From: Fidelibacterota bacterium
GTDB lineage: Bacteria; Fidelibacterota; Marinisomatia; Marinisomatales; TCS56
Assembly: GCA_043822705.1 (NCBI GenBank)
Contig: JBDRBK010000073.1
Span: 1-16,491 of the forward strand
Direction of reading: 5' to 3'
Length of the DNA: 16,491 nucleotides
Shown: one piece after another, positions 9,322 through 16,491 of the stretch
How positions within the stretch are numbered: position 1 is the first letter of the stretch
How the letters are laid out: each line of letters opens with the position of its first letter
Made by a program: the position numbers and the translations under genes
The notes under the pieces: generated by a model
What the model saw: only the letters and a program-made list of their open reading frames with translations
Database searches by the model: none
Told to the model about the DNA's origin: nothing

Positions 9322-9858
9322 ATGAACCGGACCGCCCTGTTGGCACAACTTCAGCTGTATCAGCCCGTCGACACTGACGATCGACGCACCCGGCAGCGGA
9401 TCATGGATTTCATCAACAGCGATCCCAGCTGCGGTGACCGTACCAATCTTTCCGGACACCTGACCGCCTCGGCCTGGATCATCGACCGGGACCACACTTC
9501 CGCCCTGCTGACCCATCACCGCAAACTGGACATCTGGATTCAATGCGGCGGACACGCCGATGGTGAACTGGACCTGCTTCGGGTCGCCAGCCGGGAAGCA
9601 CGCGAGGAAACCGGGCTGGTTTCACTGGAATCCCTGTCACCGGCAATCTTCGACGTGGACGTTCATACGATTCCGGCGAACGGCACCGAACCACGTCATT
9701 TTCATTATGATGTCCGCTACTTATTCCAGGCCGAGAAAACAGAACCGCTGACCTGCAGCGAGGAATCGCAGCAACTGGCCTGGATCAGCCTCGAGGAAAT
9801 CGCTCATTATTATTCCGAACGTTCGCTGTTGCGAATGGTCGAGAAGACGCCGCGCTGA
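9322..9858 (+). CDS. NUDIX hydrolase
   Basis: Nudix box GGHADGELDLLRVASREAREETGL; GHLTASAW, HHRKL..W and H.HYDVRY motifs. Confidence 0.93.
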   Translation: MNRTALLAQLQLYQPVDTDDRRTRQRIMDFINSDPSCGDRTNLSGHLTASAWIIDRDHTSALLTHHRKLDIWIQCGGHADGELDLLRVASREAREETGLVSLESLSPAIFDVDVHTIPANGTEPRHFHYDVRYLFQAEKTEPLTCSEESQQLAWISLEEIAHYYSERSLLRMVEKTPR

Positions 9859-9944
9859 CTGAATTTTAACCTATCCCAATCCTGCGACCGATACTAAATT
9901 ACCCAGCGGTTGAGGGGCCACAGAATCAAGATTGGGGAGATTGC

Positions 9945-10784
9945 ATGACAACCAAGACTAAGGTCGATTCGCGCGAGGCCGGTCTGGAGATCGGGCTGCT
10001 GCTGGGAAAATATTTTTTCGAGACCGAGGATCTGCATTACGGCTACTGGCCGCCGGACCTGGAAGTGAAAATCGCCAATTTCTCACGGGCTCAGGACCTC
10101 CATTCCGAATTCATTATCGCCAATATTCCTGCGGGAGTAAAATCGATATTGGACGTAGGCGCCGGGGCCGGCAATTTCGCCCGACGACTGATCGAGCACG
10201 GTTACCAGGTCGATTGTGTTATACCCAGCGCCTTCCTGGCGGAAAAACTGACGGAGCGCCTAGGTGACTCCAGCCAGGTGTTCCCGACTATCTATGAAGA
10301 TATGGAAACAGCCAAACAGTATGATCTGATCCTCTTCAGTGAGAGCTTCTCCTACGTCAAAATGCGAACGGCGTTACACAAAACAGTCGAGCTGTTGAAT
10401 GACAGCGGACATTTATTGATCTGTGATTTTTTCCGGCTTCCGGTTACCGTCAAAAATCCGATTCCCGGCGGCCAGAAACTGAAGGAATTCCGCCAGGAGA
10501 TCGAGCACGTGGCGCTGACACTGGTAAACGATATCGACATCACCGCCGAGACCGCCCCGACCTTCACCATTCTGTCGGAATTCCTCGAACAGGTAGCCAG
10601 ACCGGTCAGTGCGATTTCCGCCCGATTTCTTTCCAGTAACTACCCGCGGATGATGAAATTATTGTTATGGAAATTCCGCAAGCGCCTGCGGAAACTTGAA
10701 AACCGCTATTTCACCGGACGCTTGAATGCCGAGACCTACAAGAAATTCAAGACCTACCGCTTGCTGTTGTTTAAGAAAAACTGA
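9945..10784 (+). CDS. Class I SAM-dependent methyltransferase (HYGYW type, resembling tocopherol/sterol/sarcosine methyltransferases); substrate unknown
   Basis: LHYGYW, motif I ILDVGAGAG, motif II YDLILFSES, motif III LLNDSGHLLICD; GGGGAG SD upstream. Confidence 0.88.
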   Translation: MTTKTKVDSREAGLEIGLLLGKYFFETEDLHYGYWPPDLEVKIANFSRAQDLHSEFIIANIPAGVKSILDVGAGAGNFARRLIEHGYQVDCVIPSAFLAEKLTERLGDSSQVFPTIYEDMETAKQYDLILFSESFSYVKMRTALHKTVELLNDSGHLLICDFFRLPVTVKNPIPGGQKLKEFRQEIEHVALTLVNDIDITAETAPTFTILSEFLEQVARPVSAISARFLSSNYPRMMKLLLWKFRKRLRKLENRYFTGRLNAETYKKFKTYRLLLFKKN

Positions 10785-10796
10785 ACCAACCGATTA

Positions 10797-11144
10797 ATGG
10801 AAGTCAATATGGAATCCGAAGAGCTGTACGCCTGTCTACTGGACAGCCTGCGCGACCCGTTGCTGTTCGCCGACACCGATCACCTGATCCGCTACCTCAA
10901 CCGGGCGGCAACGGAACATTATACCGGTGGCAGCGACCTCCTGGGACGTTCACTGCTGGATTGTCATAACCCGGAATCACAGCGGCAGATGATCGCCATC
11001 CTGAAAAAAATGCATACCGGACTGGACGAGGAATTGATCACCGACCAGCCGGACAAACGGATTTATATGCGGGCCGTCCGCGATTCCGCCGGACGCCTGC
11101 TGGGCTATTACGAAAGATACGAATACCCGTTCGACCGGGATTGA
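10797..11144 (+). CDS. Stand-alone PAS-domain protein
   Basis: PAS-like pattern LLDSLRDPLLFADTDHLIRYLNRAA...LLGRSLLDCH...AVRDSAGRLLGYYE. Alternative start at ATG 10809. Confidence 0.85.
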   Translation: MEVNMESEELYACLLDSLRDPLLFADTDHLIRYLNRAATEHYTGGSDLLGRSLLDCHNPESQRQMIAILKKMHTGLDEELITDQPDKRIYMRAVRDSAGRLLGYYERYEYPFDRD

Positions 11145-11152
11145 TTAAACGG

Positions 11153-13324
11153 CTACAGATTATCCAGAAAATAATCGGCGATCCGTTTGAATACATTATA
11201 GGTGGTCTTGTCGCCCTCGATCCGGTGGTTTTTATTGGCATAAAAATACAGGTCGACAAACTTGCCCTGCTTAACGCAGACGTCGGCCAGTTGCAGGCTG
11301 TTCTGCGGATGGACATTGTCGTCGCCACTACCGTGGATCAACAGTAACCGCCCCTTGAAGCAGTCGACAGAATTTAAAACCGAAGCCCGCTCGTAACCGC
11401 TTTCATTTTCCATCAGCAATCCCATGTAGCGTTCGGTCCAGATCGTGTCGTACAGCCGGAAATCGGTCACCGGCGCCACGGCTACACCCACCTGGAAGTA
11501 ATCGCTGGCTCTGGTCAGGCAACAGGCAGCCATATAGCCGCCGCCGCTCCAGCCCCAGATACCGATCCGCCCGGGATCGACGTAGGGCAGGGATCGCAGG
11601 TACTCCACACCGGCAATCTGGTCGCGAACCAGCAAGGCGCTTAAATCACCGTAAGCCAGATTCTTGAAGGCTTTCCCCCGGCCGCCCGTTCCCCGATTAT
11701 CGATGGCAAAGCCGATATATCCCTGTTGACCGAGATACTGGTGCCACAGGTAATTGCGGTTGCCCCATTGATTCTGCACGGACTGGGAGCCTGGTCCGCC
11801 GTAGCCGAAAACGATCACCGGGTATTGCCGGGCCGGATCGAAATCACGCGGTAGGGTGATGCGGGCATTCAAGATCATACTATCATCCGTTATGACAGTA
11901 ATAAAATCCGGCCGGGTCAAATTATAGCCGGCCAGCATGTCCGGGTCGGTCCGCGCCAGCTCGGCCAGCTTCGTGCCTTCACCGTCGAGCAGGTCCACAA
12001 CCGGCGGCCGGTCGGCGGCGGAATGGAAATCGATGAAATGGCGACCGTCGAGCGCACCCCGGACGTCGTGAAAACCCGCAGCCGAAGTTAATCGCTGCAG
12101 GGCGCCACCGTCCAGCGGAACGGCGTACAGGTGCTGTTCCAGGACCGATTCCCGGTTCCCGGTGAAATACAACAGCCCGGCCGTATCATCAACGGCGGTC
12201 ACCTCCACTACCTCCCAGTCGCCGCTGGTAAGAGTATCCAGTACGGTGCCATTAAGATTATAGCGATAAGCATGCCGAAAACCGCTGCGTTCGGATGTCC
12301 ATATGAAAGTATCGTCGGTGAGAAAACGCCAGTCATCAGTCATGTCCACCCAGCAGGGATCGGTTTCGGTCAGAATTACCCGGGTGGCGCCGGTCCGCGG
12401 ATCGGCCAGCAGCAGTTCCAGGCGGTTCTGCTTACGGTTCAGCCGCTGGATTGCCAGGTGCTCGCCGCCCGCCGTCCAGGTTATCCGTGGCAGATAATGC
12501 TCGAAACCGCCGGCGGTGTCCATCCAGCGCGTACGGCCCCGGGTGACATCCACAACGCCGATTTTGACCTCGGGATTATTCTCTCCCACCTTGGGATAGG
12601 CGATCGTGCTGGTAACGGGATAACGGGATAATTCGTCGATCAGGGTGAAACGCGGCACCCGCGACTGATCCTCGCGCCAGAAGGCGATCTGGCGACTGTC
12701 CGGGGACCAGCGATAGCCGTCGGCACTACCAAATTCTTCCTCGTAGACCCAGCCAAACCGGCCGTTCAGGATATCGGCGGAGCCATCCTTGGTCAGTCGT
12801 TTTTCCCACCGCGTGGCGATATCATACACAAACAGATCGTTGTCGCGGACGAAGGCCACCAGCTTGCCATCCGGTGAAAATTTAGGATTACGCAGATTGC
12901 GGTTATTTTCCGTCAGTGGGATTATCCTGTCGCTGGCTAAATCCACCAGATGGAAACTACCGCTGCGGGAGTGCCGCCAGATTTTGATTTCGGCACTGCC
13001 GACCAGCAGCCAGGTTCCGCTGGGATCGACTTGATAGTCGTCGATTTCTACCGGCGTGCCCTGTGGAGCGAAATCATCGGCGGCATAAAAAACCTCCGTT
13101 TCCTGCATGATCAGGTCAAAAGCATAGATATCATTTTTTAACGAATCGTCGTATCGAAAAAGAAATTTTGACTGGCCCGGCAACCAGCGGATATCATCGA
13201 TCAGCAGCGGATCGAATTTGAAGTCGATGTAGATATCCTCCAGGGTCAGGTCCTTGGGTTGGGCCGAAAGCGCGATCCAACCGCTCAGCAACAGGGAAAT
13301 CAGTCGTGCGCTTGTGTGCTTCAC
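11153..13324 (-). CDS. Secreted dipeptidyl-peptidase IV-like serine peptidase (family S9B), 723 aa
   Basis: Signal peptide (ISLLLSGWIALSA|Q), propeller region with WVYEEE and YPKVGE, YGGPGSQ, nucleophile elbow GWSGGG, YDTIWTERYMG, HGSGDDNVH and a C-terminal His (NKNH). The true start is probably GTG at 13324, overlapping the UDG stop (GTGA). The ORF-track extension to 13597 lies inside the UDG gene. Confidence 0.93.
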   Translation of the reverse strand: MKHTSARLISLLLSGWIALSAQPKDLTLEDIYIDFKFDPLLIDDIRWLPGQSKFLFRYDDSLKNDIYAFDLIMQETEVFYAADDFAPQGTPVEIDDYQVDPSGTWLLVGSAEIKIWRHSRSGSFHLVDLASDRIIPLTENNRNLRNPKFSPDGKLVAFVRDNDLFVYDIATRWEKRLTKDGSADILNGRFGWVYEEEFGSADGYRWSPDSRQIAFWREDQSRVPRFTLIDELSRYPVTSTIAYPKVGENNPEVKIGVVDVTRGRTRWMDTAGGFEHYLPRITWTAGGEHLAIQRLNRKQNRLELLLADPRTGATRVILTETDPCWVDMTDDWRFLTDDTFIWTSERSGFRHAYRYNLNGTVLDTLTSGDWEVVEVTAVDDTAGLLYFTGNRESVLEQHLYAVPLDGGALQRLTSAAGFHDVRGALDGRHFIDFHSAADRPPVVDLLDGEGTKLAELARTDPDMLAGYNLTRPDFITVITDDSMILNARITLPRDFDPARQYPVIVFGYGGPGSQSVQNQWGNRNYLWHQYLGQQGYIGFAIDNRGTGGRGKAFKNLAYGDLSALLVRDQIAGVEYLRSLPYVDPGRIGIWGWSGGGYMAACCLTRASDYFQVGVAVAPVTDFRLYDTIWTERYMGLLMENESGYERASVLNSVDCFKGRLLLIHGSGDDNVHPQNSLQLADVCVKQGKFVDLYFYANKNHRIEGDKTTYNVFKRIADYFLDNL

Positions 13325-14001
13325 TTTTCGACGAGTCCTTTCACTTTTTCCAAGAGGTTCAGCATCATGGTTTCGGTGAGGCGGCCGGTATTCACGTTGC
13401 GGGGACTGGGATGGTAAGCCCCCACCAGCCGCAGACCATTCGGCAAATGGTAAACGGCGCCGTGGCTGAAGGGATAATCCCGGCGTTTCAGCGGCAGTTG
13501 ATCCTGCCAGAATTTGAGGCAGGTATCGAAGGCAATCTTCCCCAGCGCCAGCACACAGCGCATTTCCGGCAGAGCGGACAATTCCGCCCGGAACCATTCG
13601 AAGCAGTTCACCAGTTCGGCGGCGGTCGGTTTATCCTGGGGCGGGACGCATTTCAGGGCCGGTGTCATATAGGAATCGTTCAGGACCAGTCCGTCGTCCC
13701 GGGAATCGGAATTGGGTTGATTGGCCAGCCCGGTCCGGTGCAGGCAGGCGACCAGAAAATCGGCCGACTTGTCCCCGGTGAACACCCGGCCGGTGCGGTT
13801 GCCGCCATGGCGGGCCGGGGCCAGACCGACGATGATCAGCCGGGCATTTTCGGCGCCGTAGCCGGGAACCGGCCGGCCCCAGTAGTCCCAGTCCACATAC
13901 TGGCGCCGCTTCTCGTGGGCCACGGTTTCGCGGAATTCCACCAGTCGCGGACAGCGCCGGCAGCGGATCAATTCTTGATTAAGTTGACTGATATTGGTCA
14001 T
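13321..14001 (-). CDS. Uracil-DNA glycosylase, family 5 (UdgB-like, 4Fe-4S)
   Basis: CRRCPRL, YWGRPVPG, GLAPARHGGNRTGRVFTGD, KCVPPQDKP...C, YHPSPRNVNTG. Confidence 0.93.
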   Translation of the reverse strand: MTNISQLNQELIRCRRCPRLVEFRETVAHEKRRQYVDWDYWGRPVPGYGAENARLIIVGLAPARHGGNRTGRVFTGDKSADFLVACLHRTGLANQPNSDSRDDGLVLNDSYMTPALKCVPPQDKPTAAELVNCFEWFRAELSALPEMRCVLALGKIAFDTCLKFWQDQLPLKRRDYPFSHGAVYHLPNGLRLVGAYHPSPRNVNTGRLTETMMLNLLEKVKGLVEK

Positions 14002-14047
14002 TGGCCTGGCCCGGTCAACCGGATTATCGCACCGGTCGACTGTCGCT

Positions 14048-14076
14048 AAATTATTTCCGGTTCGATTTCAATCCAA
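14048..14076 (-). promoter_or_regulatory. Candidate promoter for the UDG-peptidase operon
   Basis: Minus strand TTGGAT-17 nt-TAATTT, about 46 nt upstream of the ATG at 14001. Confidence 0.4.
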
Positions 14077-14170
14077 CCGATTATTCCGACGCCCGGCAGC
14101 CCGTCTTTAACACCGTCACGTGATTTGCGGATTCTGCCGCCCGGTATTATCCGGACCGGCTTCATGGTCA

Positions 14171-14199
14171 TTGCTTCAGTGTTTATCCGTCTCTAAATT
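14171..14199 (+). promoter_or_regulatory. Candidate promoter for the foldase gene
   Basis: TTGCTT-17 nt-TAAATT, about 38 nt upstream of ATG 14238; an AAGGA SD follows. Confidence 0.5.
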
Positions 14200-14237
14200 T
14201 GTTTTCTGATTTTATTTAAATTTCAAAGGATAGTCGA

Positions 14238-16076
14238 ATGGGTATGATGACTCTAATGCGGGATCGGATGCATATCGTCCTGTGGGCATTACTGATATTG
14301 TTTCTGCTGAGTATGAGCATCGGCGGACTGGTCGGCGGCGCCGATATCATCGACCAGTTGCTGGGGAAAGTCGATCCGCGCAAGGCGATCGGCACCGTCA
14401 ACGGCGCCAATCTGGCCCCGGATCAGTTCATGCGCCTGGTCAACGCCGAACTGGAGCAACTGCGCTACCAGGGACAGGAGATCACCGATCAGCAGGTCAG
14501 CACCATTCGTGAACAGATCTGGGACCGGATGGTCACCGAAATACTGGTCAAGGAAGCGCTGAAAAAAATGAATATTTCAGCCACCGATGAGGAAGTCATC
14601 TTCCATCTGCAGGAAAACCCGCCGCAGTTCCTGACCAGCCTGCCCGACTTTCAGACCGACGGGCAATTCGATCAGGCCAAATACGCTCAGGCCGTGGCTA
14701 ATCCCCAGGGCAATGAGTGGGTACCGATCGAACAGCATTTGAAAAGTTCCTTTATTCCGAATTTCAAACTTGAACAGCTTTTGAACTCCTCGGTAACGGT
14801 GACCGACGCCGAAATCATCGCCGATTTCCGCAAGCGCAACATCGAGTACACCATCGACGCCCTGCATGCGGTCTATTCCAAGTTTACCGACGCCGGGCTC
14901 GAGCCCAGCAACAAAGAGGTCCAGGCCCGTTACAAGCGTGATATCGCCACCTACGAACGTGAGGAAGCACGCCACCTGCGCTACGTCAGTTGGAGCAAGA
15001 CGCCTTCTACGGCCGATTCGTTACGGGTATTCGAAGAAGCGCTGTCGGTCAAGGAACAGGCCGAAACCGGCGTGGATTTCGCCCTGCTGGCCAACCAGTT
15101 TACCGAAGATCCGGGTAATGCCGTCACCGCCGATTCGGGACGCGGCGGAAATCTGGGCTGGTTTACGCAGGCACAGATGGTCGCGCCGTTCGCCGACGCC
15201 GCCTTCGCTGCCCGCAAGGGTTCCTTAGTCGGACCGGTACTGACCCAATTCGGCTACCATGTTATCAAGGTCAATGACAAACGGACGCAGAACGACCGTA
15301 CCGAAGTCAACGCCTCCCATATCCTGTTTACGATCGGAATGGGCGCCAACACCCGCGAGGAATTGCGCCGCGATGCCACCCTGTTCAGTTACGATGCCCA
15401 GGATTACGGTTTCGACGCCGCTCTGGACACGCACCAGGTCACGGCCCGGACCGCTGCTGACCTGTCAGCCGAGACGATCTTCGTCCCGGGACTGGGACAG
15501 TTCCGTAGCGCCGTCCGGTTCGCCTTCGACCAGGAACCGGGCATCAGCTCCACACCGCTCGAAAGCGATGATTATTTCGCCGTCGTTGTCGTCGATAGTA
15601 TTACTCCGGCGGGCACCCGGCCGCTGGCGGAGGTGCGCGAGCAGATCGTCCAGACACTGAAACGCGAAAAACAGGAGGTCGCTGCCCTGGCGGCTCTGGT
15701 TGAGATTCGGAAACAGGTTGAAGCGGGAGCCGATTTCGCGACGATCAAGGCGGAAAATGAAAACCTGGACCTGGTCACTACAGAGGTACGTACCCTGTCA
15801 CGGTCATTTACATCGATCGGTTTGAGTAATTACCTGGTCGGCGCCCTGCAGGAAGCAACCGTCGGCGAACTGATCGGTCCGGTGAAAACCATGCGCGGTT
15901 ACGCCCTGGCACGCCTGCTGAACGTCGCAAAACTGGATTCGACTGAATTGGAAGTCCAGTACGATTTACTTAAAAACAGCCTGCTGGCCGCCAAACAGCA
16001 GCAGGTTTTCAACGACTGGCTGAAGGAAATGAAGGACGCGGCCGAAATCGTCGACAACCGCAAATATTATTTCTAA
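14238..16076 (+). CDS. PpiD/SurA-type membrane-anchored periplasmic chaperone with parvulin (rotamase) domain
   Basis: N-terminal MR + transmembrane anchor, SurA_N-like helical region (IGTVNG...IREQIWDRMV...ISATDEEV), parvulin motifs FALLANQFTEDP, GGNLGWF, MVAPFADAAF, GPVLTQFGYHVIKV; 612 aa ending IVDNR. Confidence 0.9.
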   Translation: MGMMTLMRDRMHIVLWALLILFLLSMSIGGLVGGADIIDQLLGKVDPRKAIGTVNGANLAPDQFMRLVNAELEQLRYQGQEITDQQVSTIREQIWDRMVTEILVKEALKKMNISATDEEVIFHLQENPPQFLTSLPDFQTDGQFDQAKYAQAVANPQGNEWVPIEQHLKSSFIPNFKLEQLLNSSVTVTDAEIIADFRKRNIEYTIDALHAVYSKFTDAGLEPSNKEVQARYKRDIATYEREEARHLRYVSWSKTPSTADSLRVFEEALSVKEQAETGVDFALLANQFTEDPGNAVTADSGRGGNLGWFTQAQMVAPFADAAFAARKGSLVGPVLTQFGYHVIKVNDKRTQNDRTEVNASHILFTIGMGANTREELRRDATLFSYDAQDYGFDAALDTHQVTARTAADLSAETIFVPGLGQFRSAVRFAFDQEPGISSTPLESDDYFAVVVVDSITPAGTRPLAEVREQIVQTLKREKQEVAALAALVEIRKQVEAGADFATIKAENENLDLVTTEVRTLSRSFTSIGLSNYLVGALQEATVGELIGPVKTMRGYALARLLNVAKLDSTELEVQYDLLKNSLLAAKQQQVFNDWLKEMKDAAEIVDNRKYYF

Positions 16077-16100
16077 ATCAGGCAGCATAGATTTCTTTGG

Positions 16101-16137
16101 AAAAAGGCCGGTCGCGACACCGGCCTTTTTTGTTTTT
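16101..16137 (+). terminator. Intrinsic terminator after the foldase gene (potentially bidirectional)
   Basis: AAAAAGGCCGGT-CGCGAC-ACCGGCCTTTTT followed by TGTTTTT, 25 nt after the stop. Confidence 0.9.
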
Positions 16138-16457
16138 CCCTACTGCGGCACACCGATCTCGGCACTTTCACTGAAAAGAATATTATTAGGAATCCCGTCG
16201 TCCTACTGGGGGAATATTAGGCCGAATCAGGTTTGCCCTGCCAATTGCCTATATGGAAAATATTCTGCCATTCGTAAATTATTCCGGCTGTTGAATATTT
16301 TTTCGGCAATTGTCGCACAGTTTAAAACGGGTATCACGACATAATAATCCGCAATGGAAAATATCCAATCTCTGGCAGCATACAATTTCGCTTTTGAGTG
16401 TACGCCACAATTAATACAATCATACCAATCATCTAACAACTATCGAAGGGGTTTTCA

Positions 16458-16491
16458 ATGATTACCTTTAGTGACAAGCAGTTAAAAACGC
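16458..16491 (+). CDS. Possible 5' start of the next gene (partial)
   Basis: ATG at 16458 preceded by GAAGGGG; MITFSDKQLKT is open to the window end; TACAAT at 16415-16420 is a possible -10. Only 11 codons are visible. Confidence 0.45.
   Translation, partial: MITFSDKQLKT

Noticed and set aside
13325..13597. N-terminal 91-aa extension of the peptidase ORF
   Set aside because: It lies in another frame inside the UDG gene; the signal peptide begins at GTG 13324.
16188..16242. Minus-strand resemblance to a c-di-GMP-I riboswitch (GGGCAAACC...CGGCCUAA...GUAGG...CGGG)
   Set aside because: The GNRA-capped stem and the GACGCAAAGC segment are missing, and no gene lies downstream on that strand. An Rfam cmscan hit would overturn this.
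16227..16439. 70-aa minus-strand ORF containing CINC
   Set aside because: TTG start directly after an in-frame TAG, no SD, AT-rich composition and no recognisable domain.

Overview
Mostly core-genome DNA from a bacterium, probably in the FCB group (Marinimicrobia-like is my inference from gene content and protein style; not verified). Left, minus strand: a comF-pgk-tpiA-secG-tRNA-Leu(GAG) operon running into a partial secreted-protein gene. Centre: a 999-aa protein with two receiver-like domains, a PPDK/PEP-synthase ATP-grasp domain and a putative phospho-His domain but no pyruvate-binding domain. It is convergent with gdhA, and the two share a perfect 19-bp inverted repeat. Then come tRNA-Met(CAT), a divergent YchF-like ATPase, a NUDIX hydrolase, a SAM methyltransferase and a stand-alone PAS protein. 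These converge on a family-5 UDG + dipeptidyl-peptidase IV pair, followed by a PpiD/SurA-type foldase with a terminator. I saw no mobile element, CRISPR array or att duplication. The best candidate for an undescribed system is the receiver-dikinase/gdhA locus, together with a gdhA leader that can base-pair over its own Shine-Dalgarno sequence.
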